Positions 25,598-37,654 of a stretch of DNA of 54,497 nt are shown one piece after another. The position numbers were made by a program, and so were the translations under genes. The stretch is from Euprymna scolopes (Eukaryota), in assembly GCA_053919585.1 (NCBI GenBank), contig CM132806.1, one strand, 5' to 3'. A model generated the notes under the pieces. That model ran no database searches and was not told where the DNA came from. It saw only the letters and a program-made list of their open reading frames with translations. The stretch's first letter is position 1. Each line of letters begins with the position of its first letter.

Positions 25598-27566
25598 TAA
25601 TATCGACTCTTTTCGTGCGTATACTCCCCAGAAAAATGGACATTTTTTGCTAAGAAAGAAATGTGCATGACTATATAATGTCGGAAAAATGAATTCCTTA
25701 GAGATCCAGTATTGTCTATTTACTTAAGCAATCATCTTAGAATATATATGCTCTATTGTTATTTTTAACTAACATTAAACTTCTAAACTAAAGGGATTGG
25801 TATGCACAAAGAGTGAACTATAATTGAAAAAGCATATTTTTCTAGAAAGCATACACACATTAGCTCTTTACATCAAGTTGCTTCATGCCTCGTCTAGAGT
25901 GATTTTCATTTAAAAAAAGAGAGCAGTTATTAAGTTCACTAATGTTGAAGGTAAAAGATTCAAAATATAGTATGCTGAAGTAGACCTTTCTACGAGAAGA
26001 AGTTTGAAACAATTTTTGCCAAAATGGTAAATGCAAAATTGCAAAAAGTCTTAGAATGAGATTTATAAGTAGAGGCTTTTAGTAGGGATATATAATTACC
26101 TAAACTTTCAGACCCATACCGATTTACGGTCAATATTAATATAAGCTATGTATTTCGATCATTTGGAGTGATTCTTCGTAGCCAATGAAACAAATGGCTC
26201 TAAAAGATGTTTTAAGTTTGCATTCTGAATCAACTTGCTACCCTCCTCCCATCCCGAAAAAAACCCCTGATTTTTTGTTAAGCGATAAAGAATTTGATTA
26301 TACAAAAGTGATATGTCCTGTGAAAGGAATATATTTGTTTGAACAGAGTTTTTCACATGGATCAATCAATAAATCTGTTCAAAATAAGAAATAAAGCAAT
26401 ATGGTGGTAGAAACCCACACAATAAATGTCACGGTAACATTTATTGCATAGGTTTCTATCACCATTTTATTTTTAAGTGATTGTCGAGACTTCAAAGATA
26501 AAAAGACATTGCGACCATTTTTTCTTGTTTTTTCGTTGGCGCTCAATATTATTTGTTTTTCAAACTGAATAAACATTTTACATTAAATAAAAACACTAAA
26601 ATCTTATTCAGTTAGGTAGAAAAGTAATTTATCTTGCCTTTGGTAACATTTATTTGTCATATATTTGTTTTTTTTGATAATTTTTTTGTGACTCTGTGAA
26701 TTGTAAAATAAACCCTATTTTTTTTATTTGTTTTTAAGGATATTTTCCTGATGTGCTTTGTTGAGATTCGTCTTCTACAAAAACAAGAAAACGAAATTCT
26801 TTCAAAATCGGTTTTAAAAAAATAAATAAAAAACAACTATTTACAAGCGTTAAATATTTGCAGTAAGCATTTTTTTTTTTTTTTTTTTTTTTGTTAAAAT
26901 GTCGGTTACGAACTTTTAGGTGAGTGAAAAGAATGTCAAAACTATTTTTATGGTCGTAAAAAAGAAAAAGGAAAGAAAAAATTTATGAGCGTGCAAAGTA
27001 CATAACGGCTACGTTTTTAAAACGCTATAATATTCGCCATCTTGTCCAATAGTAAAAATTAAAAAAAAAAAAGGAGAGGCTGTTTTCGTTAATGACGACG
27101 CCTGCTCTCAGATTGCAAGAAATGGTATACATTTATACTTTGTTCGTCAGAATAATTTAGCAAGAGGTAAAATTCGGTAAATGCGGATACTTTTCAAAAA
27201 GCATCTCAACGCAGGACTTAACGTTTTGTGAGAATCTTAACATTTTGTGCAATTTCTCACGACCTGCCAAAGGAACAAATAAAAAAGAATGAATATCCAT
27301 TACTTATTCCAATTATTGAATACAAGGTAAATATGTATTACACTGTCAATTAGGTGACAGGTAATTGATTCTGGTGGTCACAGAAACTCAACCAACAATT
27401 ATAGTTTTTTTTTTAAAGAAAGTATATGTGTTTCTGTCTGATACGATAAATTAATTTACATCCAATAAACCTAGTTTTACCTAGATTACCAATATATTAA
27501 TAATAACAAAAACGATAACTTGAACATGAGTCAAATGACAACTTAATAAATACTGAAATCAAGAAC

Positions 27567-30500
27567 TTAGTGCGATACTTTTTCTGAACAATTCAGACAA
27601 ATCCACTCTCCGAGAGTATCCTGTTGTTTCACTCCAACACAGTCAAAACGATACCAACTGTTAAGACGTCACAGCATACCATAGGAGAAGATCCATCATT
27701 TGCGACAAAACAAGTTTGAGAACCTTCTTCCATAAATTCTGCAGAAGACGATGTAGAAACACCCTTTAAATCCAGGGGAAATAAATGCTTCAATGGATGA
27801 ACTTGTTCGCATCTGTCCCTTAACACACAGACCGAGCAAACTTTACCCATTAATGAGTCTAAGCACCTTACCTAGACTCCAAAAGGGTCGAGTTTTATTT
27901 AGAGATTTAATTAACACGAGTTCTCCAACTGACACCTTCTGAGGGTGATCACCCAATATATTAGAATCAACCTGTCTTAGGGACAACAAATAATCATTGT
28001 GCCATATCTTTGTGAATTTTTCAATATAACTCTGTCTCATTTCCAGAGATTGCAAAAGTTTTGCTTTACTAAGTGGATCAGGACACAAAGTCGTCCGATC
28101 CATAATTATTGATCAACAAACGTGGATTATAACCAGTTTGTAAAAAATAATTAGGGATTAAAATGGCGAGACCCATTTCAGAAGCAGTAATATATGTAAG
28201 CGGTCGGTCGTTGATCACTTTCTTTATATCGGAAAGGATAGATAAGAACTCAAAATAATTAACTTTCTTTCTACCAATTAACTTTTTATAAACATTGTTT
28301 GATTGTTTTCATCATCCTCTCCCATGCACCTCCTTGCCAAGCTGAATAAAGAGGGATGGTGAGATGACTAATTAAAGTTGATCTAAATTTTTCCTTGAAT
28401 TTGTCCAAAACGAAGATTTCAAATAACATGATGCTGAATGCTAGAAAGGTCTTTGCATTGTCCGAATAAACATGCATAGGAACACTAAACAGGTTGGTAA
28501 ACCTAATAAACGCTAATGGAAAAGATCTTGTGCTAATATCTAGTAATAGCTCCAGTGGACAGCAATAACACTCATGCAGGTAAACAACAAGACGTACATT
28601 TTCATGTCTTCATCATTGTATTTTACCAAAAAATGACCAGTAAAGTCAATACCCACTTGGTGAACAATATTTGCCCAATGAGTAAGCAGAATCGGAAGGT
28701 GCTTTATAAGGCAACGAATTGATTTTCTTACAAGCAATACAATTATGGAGAATTTTTCTTTACCGATTGCCTCTCTTGAGGAATCCAGAAATCAGATAAT
28801 CTCAACTTTGAAAAAGTTGAATTGGTTCTCAGATGGCAACAATTTAAATGCGCTTCTTTAATAACCAATTCAATTAAACGATGATGTTTTTTGAAAAATA
28901 TAGGAAATTTAACTTCAAAAGGGTGGATATTGGAATTCTGTGTACGTCCTTTGGTCCACAACAGACCATCCTTATCAATAAATAAACCAAGAGCCAATAC
29001 CCTTATTAGAAGGTTGCTTTAAATATTCCAACTCATAGGGAAATTCTGCATGCAGGAAAAGAGTAACAATTTTGCTCTATGGTTGGTATCAGTGTGTTGG
29101 TGTGTCAACTTATCACAGAACTGCAAAACTTTCTCAAGAACATTGATTTCCCTAGTCAATGATGAGAATCAAGAAATATTTATTGGTAAACCATTCTTGT
29201 CAGGACAAGAAATATTAGAGAACATACAGGACATAATTTTCTTGTTAGTGTCATTAAGACAAGGTAAGGATGACATAGGCCAGTCGATGATATGTTGATT
29301 TAACCAATCTGAGCCGTGTACCCCAAAATTGTATAATTGCTCACTTAAAGGCGAAAAGGTCTCAAGTCAACAAATCCACAGGATTTTCAGATGAAGGAAG
29401 ATATTTGAACAGAGGAAGGATATTCAGGTCATCCCCCAACATTTTTTTATGTCCAGTACACGATTCTTCACAAAAATGTTTCTCTTAGTCTCTTTTCCAT
29501 TTAAAACCCAAGATAGAGCCACTTGGGTATCAGATATAAAGAAAATGGAAAAGATAATTATAGGCTTCAAAACCTTCAAAACATTGAGAATAACTTTAAG
29601 AGCAAGGTAGATATGCATAAGTTCTAAGGTAGAATGAGGTCTTCCACTTAATGGGAGCCATGTTCGCCTCAGCAAACAACAGGGAACATTGCGTTCCTTG
29701 TTTTACACATAGGGAAAACCCGTATGCAAGTTTAGATGCATCATAGAAGCATATAAACTCCGCTCTATCATCACATGTCTGGGGAACTCAAAATCATATA
29801 ACTTATTTAACTCCTTAGCAAGAGTTTGCCAAGAGGCCATACATTTTTCAGGGATCTCCTGATTCCAAGACAAATAGTTTTTGCAGAGTTGACTAATAAG
29901 GGTCTTGCCTAAATGGTAACTGGAAAAATCAAGGATAAAGGATCATAAATACTGGAAATTTGAGACATAAGTCTACACTTAGTTTTTACATTAGTGTTAT
30001 GGTAGGCGCAAGTCTAACCGTATCTAATTGAGGGAAAATTGGTATCTTGGTGGGAAGAGGGGAAGTAATCAATCCATCCTCAATCATCTTGTTTTGCAAG
30101 TCCATACTGTCGGAGTTACAAAACCGAAGTTCAAATCCTTCAATCTGTCTCGGTCTATATGATAAAAAGAAATAAGTGAGTCATAACCACAATCAGTAGT
30201 GACTAAGTTGTCAACATAAAACCTGTTAGTAATTACAGAGGAAGACTCATCTGAGTTATGTTTCTCTGCATGCAACTTGAGTATGTAGCTTAAAATAAAG
30301 GGGCTAGCATTAAAGTAAAAAAATATAGTTATACCTATAGGTATACAATTTCTCGTTCACTTGGAGAAAAAAACAAAATCTGTTTTTGCCCTGATTAGTT
30401 CTCAGGCGGATTTGCAGGAATGCCTTATGAAGATCCCCCAAAAGGACATAATTATTCTTTCTAAAAACCAATGGCAGGTCTAGCAGTTGAGCTGTCAAGT

Positions 30501-33391
30501 TTACTACAGCATAAACTGCATCATTAATTGAACCCCCCCCCCGTTGTTTCAAGGAACAATTAATAACGGGGTGAGTTTTTGTGGTGACACTAATGCCCTC
30601 CTTAATAACGGGCCTGTGAGGGATCCAACAATATTTTTCATACTCTCCAGAAGGAACAGAGAAAGGTTTGACGATATCACTTTCCTCATATTATCCGAAA
30701 ACTTGTAAGTAATCGTTATATAAACCCTTTTTCTCTAAAGAGTCCACCACCCTTTGTATAATTTTTAGAGAAGACACATAATTGGAATCTACCGGAGACA
30801 GTTTCTCAAAATCCCAGGGCAAATTAACGTAATAGTTACTGTTTTTTAAAACAATAGTTATTGATTTTCTCTTCATCGTAAGAAGATAGTTTAGAATTCC
30901 CAATCGATTTTCACGGAATCCAGAGAAAGAAAGTTTTCAATTCCGCATTCGGCAGAAGAGTCTTCAAAAACAAAGTGTGTCAGAATATGAGGGAATAAGG
31001 TTCAACACACTTTCGGCCAAAAAGAAGGAACATTGAGATAATAATCAGAAAGCCCGATCAAAGGAGACAACTTAAACAGAGTTTCCTTATTAGATTTGGG
31101 CGTCAAAAAATTACACCCATTACCAAATGGGATAATTCTATTGGAGATTGTCCATGCTGTCCCATTGAGGCATTTAACTAAATGGAAATTTTTTTTTATC
31201 TGCTGAATCAAGTCCAAGCCAACAAGACTATGAAGCACGGTGCCATTTAAATCTTTATAGCAATGACAGAGGTGAAGTCCTGTTTACCTCTAATATATTA
31301 GGGGTAATTTCATCAAATCTGTTCACTTGAAATTTTAAATTAAGACTCTCTGTGAATAGGACAGCAAAAGGAAAGGGTTTCTGTGATCCCAATTTTAGGG
31401 AGACCCTGAGTTCCAGGAGGTCCATTGATCTCGTTCCTATAAAGGTGTTGACAAGCATTACTACGGATTTATGTACTAATTTTTCCCGAGAACACAATTT
31501 TTGTAAAATAACCTGAAAGAAAACAAGAGTTTTGACTTCCAATGTCCATTATACAATGGAAGAAAACTGGAGGTCCTTTACCCTTCATAGACACTTTAAA
31601 AACTGAATATATTCAATCATCCTGATCAAATAAAGTAGACCTACCCCACAAAGGACTTTGAAGTCTTTGGACACATGACAGAAGTGAGTTTTCAACCCAC
31701 AAGTAACACATAGATCAGAAAATCCTTTCTTTCCTTTATATTCCTGATCTAAGTGATTACCAAAACACTTAGTATAGATTCGAAGGTCCTTGGTTCGTTA
31801 AACCTTAAAGTCATAAGTAGAATATTTAGAGCAGTCCTTAACTGTATGGTCTGCGGATTTACACAATTTACAAATTTTAGAATATTCACTAGTGCTAGTA
31901 TGAAGTTTTAAGGGATCCATACTCTTTTTATAATTAACAGTCTTATAGTCTGAGCCGGCCACCATGTTGGATTGATAGAGTTCAAAATAGACTTCGTAGC
32001 CTTGTGGGGGATGTCCTTTTCTCTTCCCTGCAACCTCTTCCTCACAGAAGAGATGTTGTGAGTTTTTCTCTGCTTTATCATTATTTTCATGCCAATTGCT
32101 CGGCTGAGCTCCATTCTATGGCGCCCCCCCTCGCCAAACTTTCACAAGAAACACCCGTCTAGCAGAAAACACTATCAATAATTTCCCCCACTCTTTATCT
32201 GTGCCTAAACCTAAACGTAGATTCCATGAGCAAAGCTTCTTTCTTAGAACTGCATGCCTATGGAATTGTCTTCTGTTTTTCTGCTTTCCAGCTGACTACA
32301 ATATGGTTGTCTTCAAGTCTAATGTAAACAAGTTTTTGATGAGCCATTCCATATAAGTTAACAAATTTACCGAATCTCTATTACTAACAGTTACTATATT
32401 GTCCAATTTTTGCTGTACACTCTTTAACTCTTATCCTCGAGTGGCCTCTTGGCCTTGATAAGTGGTGATGCCTATGTAAAAAAAAAAAAAAAAAAACTTC
32501 TGATGAAGAAGAAAAAGAAAAAATGGCGGTTTTGGCAGGCAACTCTCTCGCTTCTTTACACTCAACGGCGCCGCTTGTAAAAATGCTATTATGTCAAAAA
32601 AGTTGGACATAATAGATTCTCGATATCAATTCCCTTCTGACATAAATTGTGAATGTGTGGAACAGGATGTGAGCCACAATTATACTAGAAGTAAAGTTTT
32701 CTGTGAAAAAATCTGTTCCGAAAGATTTGTCCAATTCAGATAAGTCCAGTTTTACTTGTTCTACATAAGTTTTAAGTTCTTCTAATTCTGTTATCTGCAC
32801 TGCCCAACTAATTTCCTTCAAAATTCGATTCTTGATAAGAGAAGGATTCAGGAATTTTTCCTTCAAACAATCCAAAGCTACAGTATAAATATCAGAGAAA
32901 ACATCCATGTTTGAAATTAAGTCAAAGGCTTTCCCCTTCAACTTGGATTTGCGGAGAAGCAATTTATCCACTCCCCCTAAATTAGTAGTGCAAAATTTAA
33001 ACCTTCTCAGGAAGGTTCTAAATTTAAATTTGTTTGCTGAGGGAACCCGCTAAAGTTTGGACATTCCAAGTCAAACCTTAAAAGCTGAAGAGAAACTGGG
33101 TTTTTAACATCATTAACTCTCACAGCTAGACTTTAATTCATGCAATTCTTCCCTAATATTGAAAGAAAATTATTCAAAATCCTGACAAAGCGTCAGCCTC
33201 TACTCCTGAGAATATTTTAAAATGATCTGATCAAATAGGTCATCCAATTAACTCAACCATTTTCAGATATCTGCTGCTCTCAACTCAACAGATGTCAGGG
33301 AGGAATTACTATCTTTTAGCCATTTCACTGTGTTCATGACACGGCACTTTTTTGCTTCTATTTTAGCAAATAAATCTTTTAAAGCCACCAT
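27567..33391 (-). mobile_element. Decayed BEL/Pao LTR retrotransposon gag-pol polyprotein
   Basis: Fragments in BEL order on the minus strand. Gag: LKGKAFDLI..ALDCLKEKF, CKLCKSADHTVKDC knuckle. RT: DLHKAFLQI, FYVDNL. RNase H: DASKLAYG, SDTQVALSW. Integrase: GIDFTGH, YSDNAKTF, WQGGAWERMMKTIKQCL, W.LGKV. Many stops and frameshifts, and no paired LTRs recognised. Confidence 0.92.
32075..32496 (+). mobile_element. 3' fragment of a second CR1/Jockey-like LINE inserted in BEL gag
   Basis: HYFHANCSAELHS..., FFLRTACLWN, DYN..VFKSNV, with GATAAGTGGTGATG and a poly(A) tail. Confidence 0.8.
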
Positions 33392-34504
33392 AATGCTTCT
33401 TAGAAATGTCACATAAGCTGAGAAACGAACGTAAATTTATGTGCACAGTTGTGCACATGCGTCAATATTTACCAAATTGATAACGGCAACGATATTAAAG
33501 TGGAAAAAAGAAGAAAAGAAAATTATAAAAGACTTTTGACTAAACAAGTGTGGGGAAAATAGAAACAGACATACAAACGGCCTACCTATAAAGCGGCCAC
33601 GTGTCTGCCTGTCATGCGCGTTGGACAGGAAAAAGAGAAACCAAGATGGCGTCTGCGATATTTAACAGAAACGGTCTCATGTGATCTCGCGAGAGTCATG
33701 TGGATGAATGTAATATAAAGCAGGTTGCTTGGAAGAGGGGGACAGTTTTTTTTCACCGTGTTTACTCAGTGCCTTGGAACGAGTGAAGGAGGTTCCAGTT
33801 CTACGGACGGTTACTCAGTGCATTGGAACGAGTGAAGGAGGTTCCAGTTTTACAACAAGACTAGGCAATATCCAGAAGATGGAGAAAAACGAGAAAAAAA
33901 ATTAAAAGGAGATAAAAAAGATGAAAATAGCAACAAAATTATTTTATTTTTAAATAAGCAAGGCAGTTGAATTAATAATTGAAATGTTTTTAAAAGAAAA
34001 TAATCTCAACTCACAAAGAAGTATTCAGATACAAGCAACTATGGTTCGCAGTAAGTGTTTGTGAAGAAAAGAAAAACTCTATTCTAAAATGGTGCAAGAA
34101 GCCGTGTGGTGGCAATTTAATGCAAAGTTAACTTAAAACCCATGGTTCGCGATAATGTTTTGCAAAAAAAAATTATAATTAAAATTAAATTAAATGCAGA
34201 AAATTTATATCCGTACTCTGCAATGAGTGTTACAATTTTAAATCTGAAAAAATTGGGTTTTTTTTTTTTTGTAATTAAAAGGCAAATTTTTAAATAAGTA
34301 AAAATATCGTATTTTGCAATTAAATCTATGTGAGAATTTTATTCCCCCATAGCCCAGAACTTTGGCAGAGAGCGAAAATTAAAACACAACAAATTGAAAG
34401 GTGCACTTACCTGATGGGATAGAATAAATTAAGTATGTTTAGACTTAGGCTCTTGGATGTTAATTTGTTCTGTATAATTATACAGAACAAATTAAGTATG
34501 TTTC

Positions 34505-34910
34505 AACTTAGGCTCTTAAGTGATCGTTGTCAACATCTGATGGTCGACCACTACACTCATCATCTTCAAGACTCTCGTCGCCGCCACGATTTTCTTAAAC
34601 CACCATTAGGCTGTGCGTTCAGTAGTGGTTCCTGGGCTAAATACTTTGTTGATATCGCGAGCTGTTTCAGCAGCTTTTCGGCCTAGCTTGAATTGAAAAA
34701 AGAAAATTGTGTGAATTTGCTTTTTTTTCATCTTGTATTCAATGTTCTGAAAAGAAGACATACTTGTTTTAAAACGATTGTAATTTGAACGATTAGATAG
34801 AGCGAAAAAAAAAACGCTCTTGGAAATGATATATAAAGTAAACTTATTCGAAAATACATCATTTGAAATAAAAAAATTTAAATTCCGCAAGAACTTTCTT
34901 TTCAACCTGA

Positions 34911-34912
<2 letters not shown>
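34505..34912 (-). mobile_element. Mariner 5' end and transposase N-terminus (Hsmar1/SETMAR-like)
   Basis: MKKKQIHTIFFFQFKLGRKAAETARDINKVFSPGTTTERTA*WWFKK, with TIR-like ATCAGGTTGAAAAGAAAGTTCTTGCGG. Confidence 0.9.
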
Positions 34913-34953
<41 letters not shown>

Positions 34954-35126
34954 CGATTCTCCTTATATGATGATTCTCTATGTTGACAATTCTCTTTATG
35001 CATGCTGATGAAGAGAATTAATAAAATAAACTTTTTTCAGGGACATATATTCACTATAAATTTCGTTGGCATCGAATCTTTAGAACATATATACTTAATA
35101 ATGAATCTCTACTTACATATAAATCA

Positions 35127-35201
<75 letters not shown>

Positions 35202-35509
35202 TTTCCTATGGACTCGAAAACAACCGGGGGATATTTTTTTGAAATTTCACACAAATGTATCTTACGTATCTGGCAGTGTTCTTGGAAAGGTTTTGTATCA
35301 GAATGTTCTTGATAAGTATCAAAAATCGATAATCGAAAAATTCCGATCAAAGGAGGAACAGTGTCTTCACGTCAAGATTGCATTTTTGAAATTCATCAGC
35401 TGTGACAATCGAGCTTTAGTAGGGTGTATTCTAATTCCTGCTCTAGCTGTTCATTTGAATCTGAAATAATAAAAATTGGGCAGTCATCTCATAAAATGTA
35501 TAGCAATAA

Positions 35510-35588
35510 CATACCGGATTTTCAAGCGTCTACGACAATTTTAAATGCCTGTATAAAAAAGTCTGGAAACTTATTGAAGGCATCTCAT
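35510..35588. mobile_element. Mariner-type terminal fragment
   Basis: AAAAAAGTCTGGAAACTTATTGAAGGCATCTC resembles mariner TIR ends. Recognised from memory only. Confidence 0.45.
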
Positions 35589-36883
35589 TGTTAAGTTATC
35601 AATTGGAAAGAGAAAAATTAATGTTCTTCACTACTGCACCAATTCAATATTTTGAAAGACAGAGGAGAAAAATGGAATTTTTTTTTATTGATTATATGAT
35701 TCGAAGTAAGAAAAATGATTTTTTTTTTTAGTTTAATTTAATTAATAGTTAAAAAAAAAAACTGTTAGTAACGTTAACGCTTGCAACAGCCTGGATAATT
35801 TGTAAGACCATTTTATGACAACTTTAGAAGCACGTGTTGATTATTATTATTATTATTATACAAAAATATAAACTTTAAGCGATACATAAAGGAAAATTGC
35901 ATACAACTTATGCGTATGATAAAAAAATTGACTGGCTTAGTTGATGGGAATAAATTTTAAAGTCGACGATGTCCAGCATATCATAACATATTTGACAAAA
36001 GAAGCTGCACGTAAAAAGAAAATATACTTGAAAGATGCTGACCAGTCATACTGTGTTACAGTAGCAAGGTGAATAACGTTTACAAGTTTACCAGAATAAA
36101 AAAAAAAAAAAAAGCAATTATCAAAAAAAAAAAAAAAAAAAAAAAAATCCAACCTCGGAACTAGTGTGCATTACTTATGCATGTTCTAATCTTTTTATAC
36201 TGCTTGTAAACTTGGAAACACCATTCGCCTTCCCATTTTAACACGGGCGTCATCTTTAATCTATAATTTTGATTACTGAGTTTGTTACATTATGAACTAC
36301 CAAGGCAACGCCAAATAACCTTCACGATTATTATTATAATCGTTATTATTCGAAATCTAGATGGTTTGTCAGTTAAAATATGTATCAGGAACGTTAACTT
36401 GCTAAAATGGAATTTTAGAACACACAGGGATTTTTGTTTTCATAAATAATGCGTAAATACGTGACAAAGATCAGGTGACTTATTCTTTAGTGCTACGTTG
36501 CAGTCATGACAGAGTTTAAGATATACACGTAGAGTTAGTCATAGAACAGACGAGTTGAAGTCATAGAATAGACGAGTTAGTCAGTTCAAGAGTGATTGAA
36601 TCAGATCTTAATCGATTTAGAGAGCGGACGCAAAGCAAGATGTAGAGACCAAGAAAAACATGAAACTTCAAAGACGGGTAAGTAGACGTCAAGAAATAAA
36701 GTTGCATAAAATAACCCAAGTGTTGATTATCCTTCATCAGAAAATCTTCTTTGATCTTGCAGTAAAGATCAACCGACGAAAGAAGGTATGTCCTCCCACC
36801 TTTTATTCTGAACATCCACCCAGAAATATGTTTATTCGTCTCATAAGGAACAGTATCTATATGTGTTAACACCGCGCACGCAG

Positions 36884-36916
<33 letters not shown>

Positions 36917-37066
36917 CACACACACTCCTACTTGTGAGACATCGGCTTGAGGTTATTAGCTGGTTGGTTGACCGCGTCCCTTGTCGAGACGAAGTAGGTT
37001 CATTTCACAGTCGGATTTCGGCGCGGTTTGCTTGATCTGTGTTGGTTAATAGAAATTCTTGTGTGC

Positions 37067-37138
37067 GGGGCGTTTGCTCAGTTGGTAGAGTGTTTGCCTC
37101 GCATGCAAGAGGCTCGGGTTTCGAATCCTGAGTTCGGA
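37067..37138 (+). tRNA. tRNA-Ala(CGC)-derived head (pseudo-tRNA)
   Basis: D arm GCTC/GAGT, anticodon arm TTTGC-CT CGC AT-GCAAG, T arm CTCGGG-TTTCGAAT-CCTGAG. The 3' acceptor strand does not pair. Confidence 0.8.
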
Positions 37139-37141
37139 TGT

Positions 37142-37186
37142 GTCTAACTGATGAGCCCAAATGAGGGCGAAATTCGAGTCTTGGAC
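37142..37186 (+). ncRNA. Minimal type I hammerhead ribozyme
   Basis: GTCTAA CTGATGA GCCC-AAATGA-GGGC GAAA TTCGAG TC TTGGAC. Predicted GUC cleavage after 37180. Confidence 0.85.
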
Positions 37187-37534
37187 TTCCGGTTCGTTGA
37201 TTGTCATGGCTCTTGTGGGCTGCGACGTTGTTTGGCTGTGGAATTTATTATATACAATCTCTCACATTCTGAAAATCATATATATATATATATAACGTGC
37301 ACATACATTATATAGACGATCACACGTATTAACAAGTATTCATCCAACACACTAGAAAAGATATGGATGGTGATATAAACATACATGAACCTAGACGCCC
37401 AAATTGAATGAGACAATCTTCTTGTTGTTACTATTGTTGTTGTTGTTGGTGGTGGTGGCGGCGGCGGCTGCTACGGTGGCGAAATCCCGTATTAACCCAT
37501 CCAAGCGAGTTACGGTTTTGAAAATCTTCTGAAG

Positions 37535-37572
<38 letters not shown>

Positions 37573-37654
37573 TAAATAAATAAAAATTATTCATCGTTTG
37601 TTTTTCATTTAAAAAATATTTATCGTTCGTTTTTATTTGTTTTTTATTTAATTA

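Noticed and set aside
33762-33853. Two-copy ~50-bp direct repeat upstream of BEL gag
   Set aside because: An ordinary tandem duplication in a retroelement leader, too short and local to be the LTR pair.
36725-36750. Isolated CTGATGA on the minus strand (and other lone CTGANGA words)
   Set aside because: No stem II, GAAA or closing stem I, so not counted as hammerheads.
37067-37138. Functional tRNA-Ala gene
   Set aside because: The acceptor stem does not pair, the T loop has an extra base, and no oligo-T terminator follows.
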